Assembly: GCA_047495785.1 (NCBI GenBank)
Contig: JBLDXI010000033.1
Location: forward strand, 1,364,001-1,428,000
Length of the DNA: 64,000 nucleotides
From: Lepidodermella squamata
Taxonomy: Eukaryota > Animalia > Gastrotricha
Direction: 5' to 3'
The first letter of the stretch is position 1; each line of letters opens with the position of its first letter. Made by a program: the position numbers and the translations under genes. Shown piece after piece: positions 35,463-47,086 of the stretch. The notes under the pieces are model-generated. The model saw nothing but the letters and a program-made list of their open reading frames with translations, was not told where the DNA came from and searched no databases.

Positions 35463-37795
35463 ATGGAAACGAGAACTCGATCTGCAGCCAGAAAAGCTGC
35501 AGCTTCTGATGCTCCGAAACCAGCCGAAGATCAAACTCCAGTTTCGAAGCGGCGAAATCAGCCGAAAAATGACACCGAAAAAACTGCGGAAAATGCTGGA
35601 TTTTTCTTCCGATTGTACAAATACCTGCTCGAGCCGATTTTAACGATGACTGTCATGCCGATTATTTTACTTTTCATCGTCTATTACAATCTCCACACGC
35701 CGATTGAAGAAGGCCGCGGCGAAGCTGCCCTAGAAAATTTGCCGCAATTTTTCAGAATTAAATTTCGCGGCAAATGGCAGCTGCTAGCTGCTGAATTGGC
35801 CTGGAAATTTGTCCCGACTTTGTTTGGCTTATTGACGGTTACAGGATTCATCTTATTCGAGGTAATTTCTATAAAAATTCAAGATAAAATCTAAAGCTGA
35901 TTTATTCAGGTAATTTTATCCAGATTTTTACCTGGTCGATCTGTGCCTGGCACCCCTTCACCAAAAGGCTATGTTCCTACCTACAAGATTAATGGATTTT
36001 TAACCTTCCTGGTTACCATGTCAACCATAGCCGGGATAGCCTACTACGCCAAACAAAAATACAACTCATTCATGATTCTAACTGTCGTCATCCACCGATA
36101 TGACGAGGTCATCGGCTCTGCTAATGCCGTCGCCATAGTTTGGTGCATTTATTTGTACCTGAAAGCTAAATTCGCCCCAAATAGCGACTGCTACGACACT
36201 GGCCGGCCGCTTTTCGACTTCATCTGGGGCGTCGAGTTGTTCCCGACATTTCTCGGCGTAGATCTGAAGTGGCTGTTGAACGGCAGAATTGGCATGATGT
36301 GCTGGCCTGTTGTCGTCTCGCTGTGCTGGCTGGCGAATTTTGAATTCTACGGATTTCAACCAGCGATTTTCATCGCTAGTGTTCTTCAAATCGCCTATGC
36401 AGCCAAGTTTTTCATCTGGGAGGAGAATTTCATCCACGGCGTTGATAATGTGTACGATCGAGGCGGTTATTACATTACGTGGGGTTGCACCTTCTTCATG
36501 CCCGCCATGCACACCCTACCCAGCCAGTACCTCGCTTTCCGCATCGGCCCGCAATGGAGCGTGACTGAAACTGCGATGTTGACCCTGATCGGGATGTTTT
36601 TCATCGTCACGCAACGGCTGGCCGAGGCTGATAAAGTCCTGGCTCGTAAAACGAAGGGCGAGAAGTCGGTTTTGGGCTTCAAGCCAACGGTTATCAGGGC
36701 GAAATACCAGCGCGATCATGATGGCGAAATGGTCGAAAGTATTCTGCTGGTGAGTGGATTTTGGCGGATCTGCCGGCACTACGGATACCTGGCTGAGTTG
36801 GTCATGGCTTCTTGCTGGTGTTTGGCGTGCGGTTTCGGCTCAGCTTTGCCCTATTTCTACATGATTTTCTTGATTCTTCTATTCGTTTTCAGTAAGTTGA
36901 ACCTTTTGAAATTGTGAAAATTGAGGTTCATATTGACAGTACGCGGGGTACTCGTGGACAGGTTGAAGTTTGACACGGGCATTCCTTTTTGCAACGGAAG
37001 CAAAAGCGAAAATCGGAGGGGCCATACACCAAATTTCAGGGGCGAAATCGGGAATTTGCGACCTTAATAAATAGTTGCATTTTTAGTGATTTTTTGCATT
37101 TTTATTGCATCTTTTGAAAAATTACAGGTCTTAATTTTGTTATGAATAGGGTCAATAGCAAATCTGAAAGCTGACAAGGCAATTTTATTTGCTAATGAGC
37201 GTTCAAAAGTACCTGCTCAAAACTGTAAAACTGCGTTTTCAAACAATTTTTAAATAGCAAAAAATCAGGTAAACTGTGTCGACAAAATTTGATCAATCAG
37301 AAATCATTTTCCCCGCCTTGACGAAAATCATCTGAATAAATGCTGATTTTTATTCCTTGAGAAAATAAAATGTGTTCAAATTTACCTTATTTTGGACAAA
37401 ACCATGTTTTTCGGGTCTAGAAAATCTGGAAAAAATTATTAAAATTAGCCGAAATTTTCGGAGCATGATGGAGTGCCGACTTCCTATTGCTGTGAAAATT
37501 TCTAGAATTTTACCATTTTTCTTTGATTTTATAAAAATATTTGAAAGTAATCGGGTTGACATGGGGGTCCTAAAATGACACTTCGAGGGCAACTACTTGA
37601 CCAGCATTACTGTATTATACATGTGTGACTTTCACGAAAAAGTGAATCGTAGGTACCTATGATGAAATTGTAATTTTCCGTTTGCTTTTTTCAGGAGCTA
37701 TCAAGGACGATGTCCGATGTGCGAAAAAGTACGGAGATAGTTGGCAAGAATACGTTCAACAAGTTCCCTACCGCATTATACCATTTGTGTTCTGA
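35463..37795 (+). CDS. DHCR7-like: ERG4/ERG24-family sterol reductase, divergent DHCR7/DWF5-like paralog
   Basis: LPG...P...GY.P.YK.NG, DF.WGVELFP, NGRIGMM.W, DRGGYYITWG, LLVSGFW..CRH..YL.E, PYFY, R...DD.RC..KYG..W..Y...VPYRIIP. Introns 35862-35909 and 36892-37694. Confidence 0.85.
36937..37612. mobile_element. Degraded TIR element in sterol reductase intron, related to the 2091-3704 element
   Basis: 37387-37540 is similar to 2103-2251; ends CAGTAC...TGGACA and ...CAGCATTACTG|TA resemble degenerate TIRs. Confidence 0.5.
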
Positions 37796-40320
37796 AGTTT
37801 TTGTTACTGAATAAAATCATGACTTTTTCCGTCATAAATTAATCATGACGTTGTGAATTTACAACCGGCGTCATGCAACAGCAGGTTACCTCACGTGGTT
37901 AAATGAACTGAACCGATAAAAAACTTGTTGTTTGCTGGGACCAGGCCACCGCGCAGCTGGTAAAAACATCAATTTCACCGGTATTTCCTGATTATATTAT
38001 AAGGTCGAATACAGCGTTTCATGTCGGGTTATTTCTTGGGCGTGACAGTCTGAGGTCGGTTTGTTTCTTCTTCGCCGCCATGGTTATCTCACGCCATTAA
38101 TCCCGGATAAACCTGGTGTTATGCGGCCGGTGTGGTGCATAAATCATCGCAAAAAAACACCGCAAAACGTGTGCAATATTGTCTCAGGCACACGATTTAA
38201 TTTGGGTTAGGAAAGCAGAGGCATAATTTACATACAAAAGCTATTGTAATGACTTCAGCGCTTAGTATACCATACATTCCGCGCTCATCATCGCTCATCG
38301 CTGCGAAGTGGGGATTTATACGATTTTCAATAATATTGGTGATGAACGCTGCGCTGTTCGATTGCGAATATTGGCCCGCGTGCTATTTTTGCGGATGTGG
38401 CGTGATCTCATGCATATTAAATCAAGAAATTACATACATATTGCGTGCTAAAACGTAGTTTTTTCCGCACTATTATAAATATTGCAGAAAAATTGCGTGC
38501 GTTTTTTTCCGGCTCGCTTTTTTTCTTACATTATATTCATTCCTAAACATTTTTTTATTGCGTTAACAGCCGGCGTCTAGGGACAAATTATTGGCTAGGG
38601 CCGGCTCATCATATGCAAGTCTTGTTCTTGTACCATTAATTCACACTGGCCTCGAGCGACAATATTCAGCTTCCCAATATTTTCTCCAGGATAGCAGATG
38701 CTGAAAATTAGAACAGCCCGCGGCTGTATATGCTATAGTAGCAATAATGTTATTGTTTAGTGACGTTTTCCCGCGTAAATCGAGAAAAATATTGCGAAAT
38801 TATCCTGCAGTTGCCTTATAGCTAATTTACCTGTTAAATCTGGTATCGGCCGTGAGGTAATTTTAATCAATTTCACGGCGAGTTAAGCTTTTCACAAACC
38901 ATTAAGTCATCCGAAAAATTTGCGATTAAAAAATTGATTATTTTCTGTAATCAACGCCTCTTTCTGTAATCTTTCAGTTCAAAACACTTATTTATTTGTA
39001 ATGACGTAACAAAGGAAATTTAATAAATTCATTATGGTTACGCCTCAATGAGGCCATATTTCGCTTCTCTGATTTTCGATATGATGTTGATTTTCGAGTG
39101 TATTATTTCCTGGCTCTCCTGGGCTAATTTTAGAGCGGCTGCGACTAGGCCAAACCACTCGTAACTGTTTTTGCTATTTAGATGTGCCGCCATAAGGCGT
39201 CAATGTACTGATCATGGCCAGATCCACGCGTCCGTCTTTTGAAATGATGGCGTAGCAAGGTCGCGTGCGATGTTTCAGGGGCTCATTATATATCTGCGCG
39301 CCATAATATCCGCGGCGTTTTATTACTCTCAAAATTTTGAGCAGTCAAAATCGGACTTTTTAACTTTTTGGTTACTTTTTTTAAAATTATTTTCCCACCT
39401 GCAAAAACTACTTCTTGTTTCCTTGCTAGTCGATTGTCCTGCACCGCAAACATTTTCCAGCGCAAAATTTAGCGTGACGTATGTTTTGTGTTCAAATGAA
39501 GCTCGTCAGTCGTTCCAGGCCGCATGCCTCTCTTAGACACCCTGGCGCCTTAGATTTCTTAGAATTGCGCTCTGTGTAGCCTGTCTAGCATAGAAAACGG
39601 CTCACATTTCAGTTCATTAGCTCAAATGAGCTAGGCACCTGCTTGATCACGCCATTTTATTGCTCCATCTGCCGGATTAGCTGCTTAGTAATATTATGTA
39701 TTACTCAAATTTTTGCTATGCAAACAAGCAGTATGCATGATCATATATGGTCTGCAAAATTTGTTTGCTTTTTTGCCATGGCTCTACGCCATTTTTTTCG
39801 TTATATATCATATATTTTTCATATTTCTGGATCAACTCGAGTAATTTTACCGATACAGGCACATCGCGGTCGATAGGGTGGGCCCATCTATAAATGCGGC
39901 GTAACTTCTTCCCATTGACGATGTCAGGCATGATGTAAAATTAGTCACTAATAAATTATTGAAAAAAACCTGGGCGCGATGAGCTTTCGCTATAGTTTTT
40001 TCCATTATATATTTTGTACACACCATACTATATAGGAGGAAAAAAAACGGCGCCGGCATCGAGCAGTACTAAAATCGATTTATTGTACGGTTTATTCGTA
40101 TTTTTATTACTACATATATGGCTAGGATATCACGCATTTTTCCAGTGGCGTGATATAAGCCATTAATTCTATAATTTCCTTCCCGTAATACAAAAAATAA
40201 AATTCGCTTTGCGATAAAATAAGTTTGTATTAAAAAATCCCCCTTAATTCCGTTTCTATTCACTCTTGATTGCATTTCTTTGCCAATTAGTTTCGATATT
40301 TTTTGACTTGCTGAAATCGA

Positions 40321-42035
40321 ATGGCTACTCGGCGAGCCAATAAATCTGAGAGTGAAACGATGACCACCGAACATCGCAATGGAAATGGGGACGTTTCTAA
40401 GCATAATGGCAGTAACGGCAGCTTACCAAAGAAGTCTCACTACAACCTTTACTACTCGAATTTCGGCCCGCTCTACTCGTTTTTCCACTTCACCGTCGCG
40501 CCCCTGGCTCTCATGGCCCTGATGCCGTTTGTCATCATGTTCCTAGCCCTGATTAATCTGCACCAAGAAGACGCGAGTTTGATGGCGATTCCGAATTTTA
40601 TCGAAAAATGCGGCGGTTTCCCTGGCGTTATGAGCCTATTGTGGTCGAAAATGATGCCGACCCCCTTCGCACTCGCTGTCGTCCTCGGATTTCTGGCTTT
40701 CGAAATCGTGCTTATGAAGGTCGTACCTGGCAAACCAACCTTTGGCTTACCTACAGCAACTGGCCATATTCCGGAGTATAAAGATAACGGAATGGCGTGC
40801 TACTTGATTTCAATGGCTGCAACTGGCGCGATTACCTACTACCTGAAAGCCTATACAAACATGACACCGACTGTCGTTATCGATCGATACGACGAAATTT
40901 TAGCAGCTTGCAATGTTGTCGCACTGCTTTTGTGCGCCTTCCTTCACTTCAAGGGCCGCCACTTCCCGTCGACTAAGGACAACGAGTTGTCTGGCCACCC
41001 TGTCTTCGACTACTACTGGGGCTCTGAACTATTCCCCCGCGTGTTTGGTATTGATATCAAAGTTTTGACTAACTGCCGATTTGGTATGACAATGTGGCCG
41101 ATCATCGTCATGCTGTGTTGGTTGAAGAACTACGAGCTGTACGGCTTCCGAGCTGGCATTGCTGTTTCTTCCGTTTCTCAAATGCTGTACTTGACCAAGT
41201 TTTTCACATGGGAAGCCGGCTACATGAAGACGATGGATATTATGGTCGACCGCGCGGGTTACTACATTTGCTGGGGCTGTCTGTGCTATTTGCCTGGCCT
41301 GTACACCTTCCCGAGCCGGTTTTTCGCCTCGCGTCACGGTGTTGATTTGCCTAATTGGGCGGCGATCTGCCTCGTTCTGCTCGCTGTTATTTGCATTGTG
41401 CTACAACAGCTCGCCGAGCATGAAAAGTCGGTCGTTCGTGCGACGAATGGCGAAAAGGGCCTGTTTGGCGGCAAGCCACGAATTATCCGCGCCAAATATC
41501 ACTTGACTGACGGCCGAGAGGTATATGTTTACCCATTTATTTTTCCTTCTTTTTGAAAAAAATAAGAATAATTTTGAATTTTGAAATGAACTTAAAATCC
41601 AAATTTTAATTTTAATTTTTCAATTTTTTAATAAATTTTTTAATAAATTGAAAAAATAGTAAATAATTCTTTTATTCAATTTTAATTCAATTTTTAATAT
41701 TTTCTGATTGATTTCAGATGGAGAGCATTCTCCTCACATCTGGATTCTGGGGCATCAGTCGCCACTTTTGCTACCTTCCTGAGCTTCTCATGACCTTCAC
41801 CTGGAGCACAGCCGAAGGATTCCGGTCTGCCTTGCCATACTTCTACTTCTACTTCTTGGTTATTTTGTTGGCCAATCGTACCTACCGCGACGACAGGAAA
41901 TGCGCTCATAAGTAAATCGATTGTAATTTTATTAAAATTTTGATTATATCGAAATCATTTTTGTTCAGATACGGTGAGTATTGGACGAAATATATGCAAA
42001 TGGTCCCGTACCGCGTTTGTCCCTTTGTTTGGTAA
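40321..42035 (+). CDS. DHCR7: 7-dehydrocholesterol (sterol delta-7) reductase, DWF5-type
   Basis: YYWGSELFPR, DIKVLTNCRFGM, TKFF.WEAGY..TMDI..DRAGYYICWGCL, LLTSGFWG.SRHF.Y.PE, RDDRKC..KYG.YW..Y...VPYR. Introns 41521-41717 and ~41912-41968. Confidence 0.9.
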
Positions 42036-43013
42036 CGCTTCAATGCTGATGAGAGAATAACTGGTCGAAGTTTCGAAACAAGTCATTATAACCTTAGCGT
42101 TTCTCGGCCTGCTTATATGAAACAGTAGAAGATCGACTGATCTGCGAGACGTTCTTATTATTTCAAACTTCGTTGTAATATGATATTTATGTATATCGCA
42201 TTTTTATGACATATGATATGATGATTGAGAATTGAATGAAAACTGTTCATTGCTCTTTCAAAGCAGCAATGGTCACCCTGCACTGAATTTTATTCTTATG
42301 TATCACCCTGTATCATCCCGGTCGACTCTGCTCTGCCCAAAAATTCATTGACGCATTTCTACGTGTTGAATATAATTGATAGCGAAAAATCGCCCGATGT
42401 TATTTATGTGTCACCAGTGAGACTCGATGATGATGACCAGTGCAAGTTTTCCATTATTTACCTTTTAGAAATGATAAATACTTTTTATGTACGAACGCGC
42501 TTTTTGGAGAAATAGGCTGAAGATGATTGCTTCTAAGTCTTCTTTATGATGTAGCAGAGTACAGCGATTAAAAGCTTTCCCTTCTTCTTCTTTTCTTCAT
42601 CAATTCTTCATTGCGTGTAAAAAAAGTTATCGGCTTAGTTGCTACCAGGTGGACAGGTTTCGGCGTGTATTAATTTATATCTCTTTTGTCTGATGATCGA
42701 TTGTGGCTACTTCAAATAGTCCCAAGTTATGCGTATACGTACACGGCGATAGCGTTTGTGGCGTGGCGTGTAATTTGTGTCGAAGAAACAATAAAACTTG
42801 TGATATGTAACAAAATTTCCCTTTTTTCAATCTTTTAATTGATGAACAGTATTCATAGCCACGGTATGCGAAAAAGCACACCTCAGTTTTTTTGGTTCGT
42901 ATCAAGGAGCCATACATTCGTCGATGCCTTTGTGCCGGAAAAATAGAGTAGAGCCATAATATTATACAATTTTGCACATTGGAGTCTTATAAAGCACAAT
43001 AATTAACAATTTA

Positions 43014-46000
43014 TCAACTAAAATTAACAGGTCGATTCGGCGCGACAGGTGTTAAATCGATAAAGGTGATGCGTTCGCTTGAGGTAGTTGAGGCCTGTTG
43101 TTGTTGCTGTTGTAGGTGATTGATTTGCGAATTCGGAAGCTGTGCGTTAGAACTGCTAGGCGACATTGCTGCGTTTTGCGCTGAAACCGGCGAGACACTC
43201 GCTGTTATGCTGCCGTTGCTGGGTGTTGTTGCGGCAAGTGGCGCCAGGCAGGGTGACCGGTCGGTGCTGGGATGAAGCGTCGTTTGAGAATTTTGACCTC
43301 TAACCTGAGCACCGCCGTTTCCATTCATTTTTTCGTCACATATTGCTGTTCGGGGGAAAAAACAGGAAACTGGTTAATAAATTTCTGGCAGGTGTAAAAA
43401 AAATGTGTCACATTAGGTTTGTTAACAGCGGAACCTATTTCGGATGTTCTTATAATGAGCGAGAGAAAGAAGTTTAAAATCGGACTTTAATTAGCTTTGC
43501 GCTTACACGATTTTTCCCGAATAATCCAGAATTTCAGGATTGCACAGAAAAAATACGGAAATTATTAATGCATGCAATTTTCATAATTTTTGAACATTGT
43601 TAATATTTTTCAAGCTGAATTCAGGTCTAGGGCCAAGAGGAACAGGATATAAATTACTTTCCGTAATAAAAAATGACGATGTCATATTATTTTTCGTCAT
43701 CAATGCCTTGTGGACTTATGGGAGGATCAAGATGAGACTGGCAGCTAGGTCGCAGATAGTCGAAGTTACAAAAAATTCAGCCATATTTTTCTTTTTCAAT
43801 TTCCCAAGTGGATCAATAAAATATCGAAAAAAATTGGTAATTTTATCCAATTAAATTCGGGTAATATTTGAAAGTCTAGCAGTGGTTGCGTAACGAGATT
43901 CTGAAAATATGATTCACGGCTAAACAAAATTGAAAAAAATAACTGAATTTGAACCTTCAAGAGGGAAATGAGAGAATTTGTTGTAATTTTCTTGAAATTT
44001 CTAGCGATTGAACTAAAATGAAATTTCAAACTCATTAACGGCTTCAATAGAATGGTTCTATGTCAATTGAGCAAACGAAATTAGAGCAAAACGACTTTTG
44101 AGCAAAACGAGATTAGAGCAAAACGACACGAGAGCAAATTTAATAATTAATTGCAGCTGTTGTTTATTTTAAATAAAATTTGCTCTCGTGTCGTTTTGCT
44201 CTAATCTCGTTTTGCTCAAAAGTCGTTTTGCTCTAATTTCGTTTGCTCAGAAGTCGTTTTGCTCTAATTTCGTTTGCTCTAATATCGTTGCTCAAAAGCC
44301 CTTGCTCTATTTTCGTTGCTCAATTTTCGTTTGCTCAATTGACATAGAACCAATAGAATTTAGCCTCTTGACAATTTTTTTTAATATAAATTCACCTTTA
44401 TTACTATCCCTCATGCTGTTGATGGAAGCCTCGCTTTGATGACCCGAATTAACGGCAATATTTAGAGATTTTCGCAAGACTGAAGGCGAATTAGCACTGC
44501 TAATGAAAGACGATTTACGAGCCGGGTCCTTGCCCCCACTATTTAACCCGCTACTCAGAGAGCCAGCCGCATTCTGAGTGCCAAGATCCGACGACTTCGA
44601 AAACGATCGATTCGCCACAACTGCCGAGGGCGGTGAACTTGACCGTTCTTTACACGAGAAATTTTTCGGCCGAACCGGCGTCGACTGGCCTGTTTTATTG
44701 CCAGGCGAGCTAGCACCTGCGATTGACTTGGAATAATTCCCGTTAAGCAGATTCGCCGCGCTACCGTTATAATTAGCGTTGTAATTCTGCTTTGTTTCAA
44801 AAATTCGTTTCGCCATAGTTTCCTTCATCGCCAACTGCTCTTTAATCGTCGCCTGCTGGATCCGATGATGCTGTTGAAGAATGGCCTGCTGCTGCTGTTC
44901 CTCTCGCGTTTTCAACCCGTAGGTTGTGATGAGGCCTTTAGGAATGTTGACATCGCCAAGTAAAAGAGCCCGTTGTAGCGCTTCTTTGCGCTTGATGGCT
45001 TTTTCTCGGCGCATTTGGTCCTTGTAGTACTCGGCGAAATTGTTAACGATGATAGGAATGGGAAGAGCTATCACAAGCACACCGCAGACGCAGCACGCCG
45101 CTCCAACCACTTTGCCAACAGCCGTATGTGGGTACTATAAAAAAGAGGAAATTTTCAAGGATTTTTAGCATGAATTTCGAAAAATCAACCTTAATTGAAA
45201 AAATATTATTATACAAAAAATTTAAAAAAATTTAAAAAAATTATTAAAATTTTTTAAAATATCCATCTTACCATATCGCCATATCCTACTGTAGTCATTG
45301 TAATGGCAGCCCACCAGAAGGCAGCAGGAATGCTGGTGAATTTTGTGCCTTCCATGTCCTTCTCGACGAAATAGCACAAACCGGAGAAAATTAGAATGCC
45401 GATGAAGAGGAACATGATGAGAAGGCCCAGCTCTTTGTAAGACCGCTGTAGGGTGTAGCCTAGTGATTGAAGGCCCGTCGAGTGGCGGGCTAATTTCAGG
45501 ATTCGAAGTATTCGCAAAACTCGCATGATTTGCACGATTCGCCGCACGTCTTCGAATGTCGCCGTTCCGGTTGACCCGGCAGCCGTTTCAACCACGATCA
45601 GAGAGACGTAGTAGGGCAAGACTGAAACAATGAATACACTTGTTACTCTTTTTAATTCTGATATTAATGATAAGCAATACACTGATGATATAATTCCAAA
45701 AATTTACAACAATTATTGAAATAAATCCTATATCGGAAAAATCGCTGATTCGGAAAATCGATGTTTGAAATCGATATCGGTTTTCGAACCCTAAATTTGA
45801 CTAAGCATCAACTCCTAAATTGTATTATTATCAAAAAATGAATTTTCAAATCCTTACTTGCTAACAAATCGATGATGTTGAGAGCGCCTCTCAAAAATTT
45901 GAGCTTGCTCGGCGAGGCCCATAGCCGGCCAATATATTCGAACGTGAACCAGCCAATGCAAACAGCTTCAATGAGCGCGATAACAGGATTATCGTGATCA

Positions 46001-47086
46001 CCCTTCGGCTCATCGTGGGAACCCATAGGCGTCGCTGGGGTAGACCCATTCACGGAAGCCGTCGATGCTGTAGGGGCGCTCTTCTGCTGTAGTTCGGGTA
46101 TAGTATTCAGGATGAGGGCGATTGTTGATGTGACGATGAATAAAATTGAAATAATTGCGACTATACGAGCTGCTTTCGAAGATTGAGGCTTTTCCAACAA
46201 GTCCCAGACTTTTTGACGCCATCTCAAACAGCGCCCTAAACATTAATTAATACATTTAAAAAATTAAAATGATATTTGAAATAATTAAAATATTGAAATT
46301 TTTCGAAATTTTTTTTTTTAATTTTTTGAAAAATTGTTTGAATGAAAAAATCTATTTTATTTTAGAAAAATTAAAATTTTCTTGAATTTAACCTGTGAAA
46401 CGTTCCACATCTCTTGCCCGGAGTGATTCAGACTCTTTTCGAATTTCCTCGAAAACGGCTTCTTTCATCTGCTGATATCGATGTTGGCAGCAAGATTCGA
46501 CGTAGATTTCATCGACACCCCAATACTCGAGGTCCTCGCAGAACGAAATCACACAGCCGCCATCAAGCACGTGAAGCCGTCCAGTTCGGTAAAAATTGAT
46601 GACGCACGAAAAGGCCTTACGGTTTCGATCGAAATAAAATTCGTTCGCATCAAGGTCGTAATCATCGCACACCGCCATCAGCTCTTCATGCGTGTGACAG
46701 TTGTGCAGCTTACCGAGCCGAGTTCCAGGGAATGCGTCGAGGTATTTCCATAGAATCTCATGCCTCGACCCGCCTACGTTGATAACAACCCGCCGGTTAT
46801 GCGCAAAGGCCTTGGCGATGTCGTCATCGCTTGGCACCGGTTTGCCGTAGAACTCGGGCTCGTTTGAAACGGCCATGTAAGAGAAATCGCCGGCTAAATC
46901 GCCGACATCGCTGTTCAGCGGGACCTGGCGTAGCAGCATGTGCGGATGGATCAACTGCTGCCCATCGCCGACAGCAGTTATCAGCGAACTTAAACCATGG
47001 GGCGGTGTAGGGCGTTGTTGCTGCGCTTGAGCTTGGGATTGTTTCTGCTCGAATAGGGTTGTATAGGTTGAACCGTTATCTGCCAT
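43014..47086 (-). CDS. Shab (KCNB): Voltage-gated K+ channel Shab/Kv2
   Basis: T1 domain ([31 protein letters not shown]), S4 [22 protein letters not shown], pore [10 protein letters not shown]6 [10 protein letters not shown]. Last intron inferred as 43346-44395; C-terminal exon less certain. Confidence 0.93.
44054..44351. mobile_element. Foldback-type MITE with 8-bp target-site duplication in Kv2 intron
   Basis: GGTTCTATGTCAATTGAGCAAACGAAA ... TTTCGTTTGCTCAATTGACATAGAACC, flanked by AATAGAAT on both sides. Arms are built of ~15-17-bp GAGCAAAACGA tandem subrepeats. Confidence 0.88.

Noticed and set aside
44054-44351. CRISPR-like repeat array
   Set aside because: There are no unique spacers; the repeats are inverted arms of a TSD-flanked MITE in a eukaryotic intron.
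44307-44395. Kv2 C-terminus ending inside the MITE (as in ORF 44307-45110)
   Set aside because: A GT donor at 44395 splices in frame to an exon at 43345-43014, so the ORF tail is more likely intron read-through.
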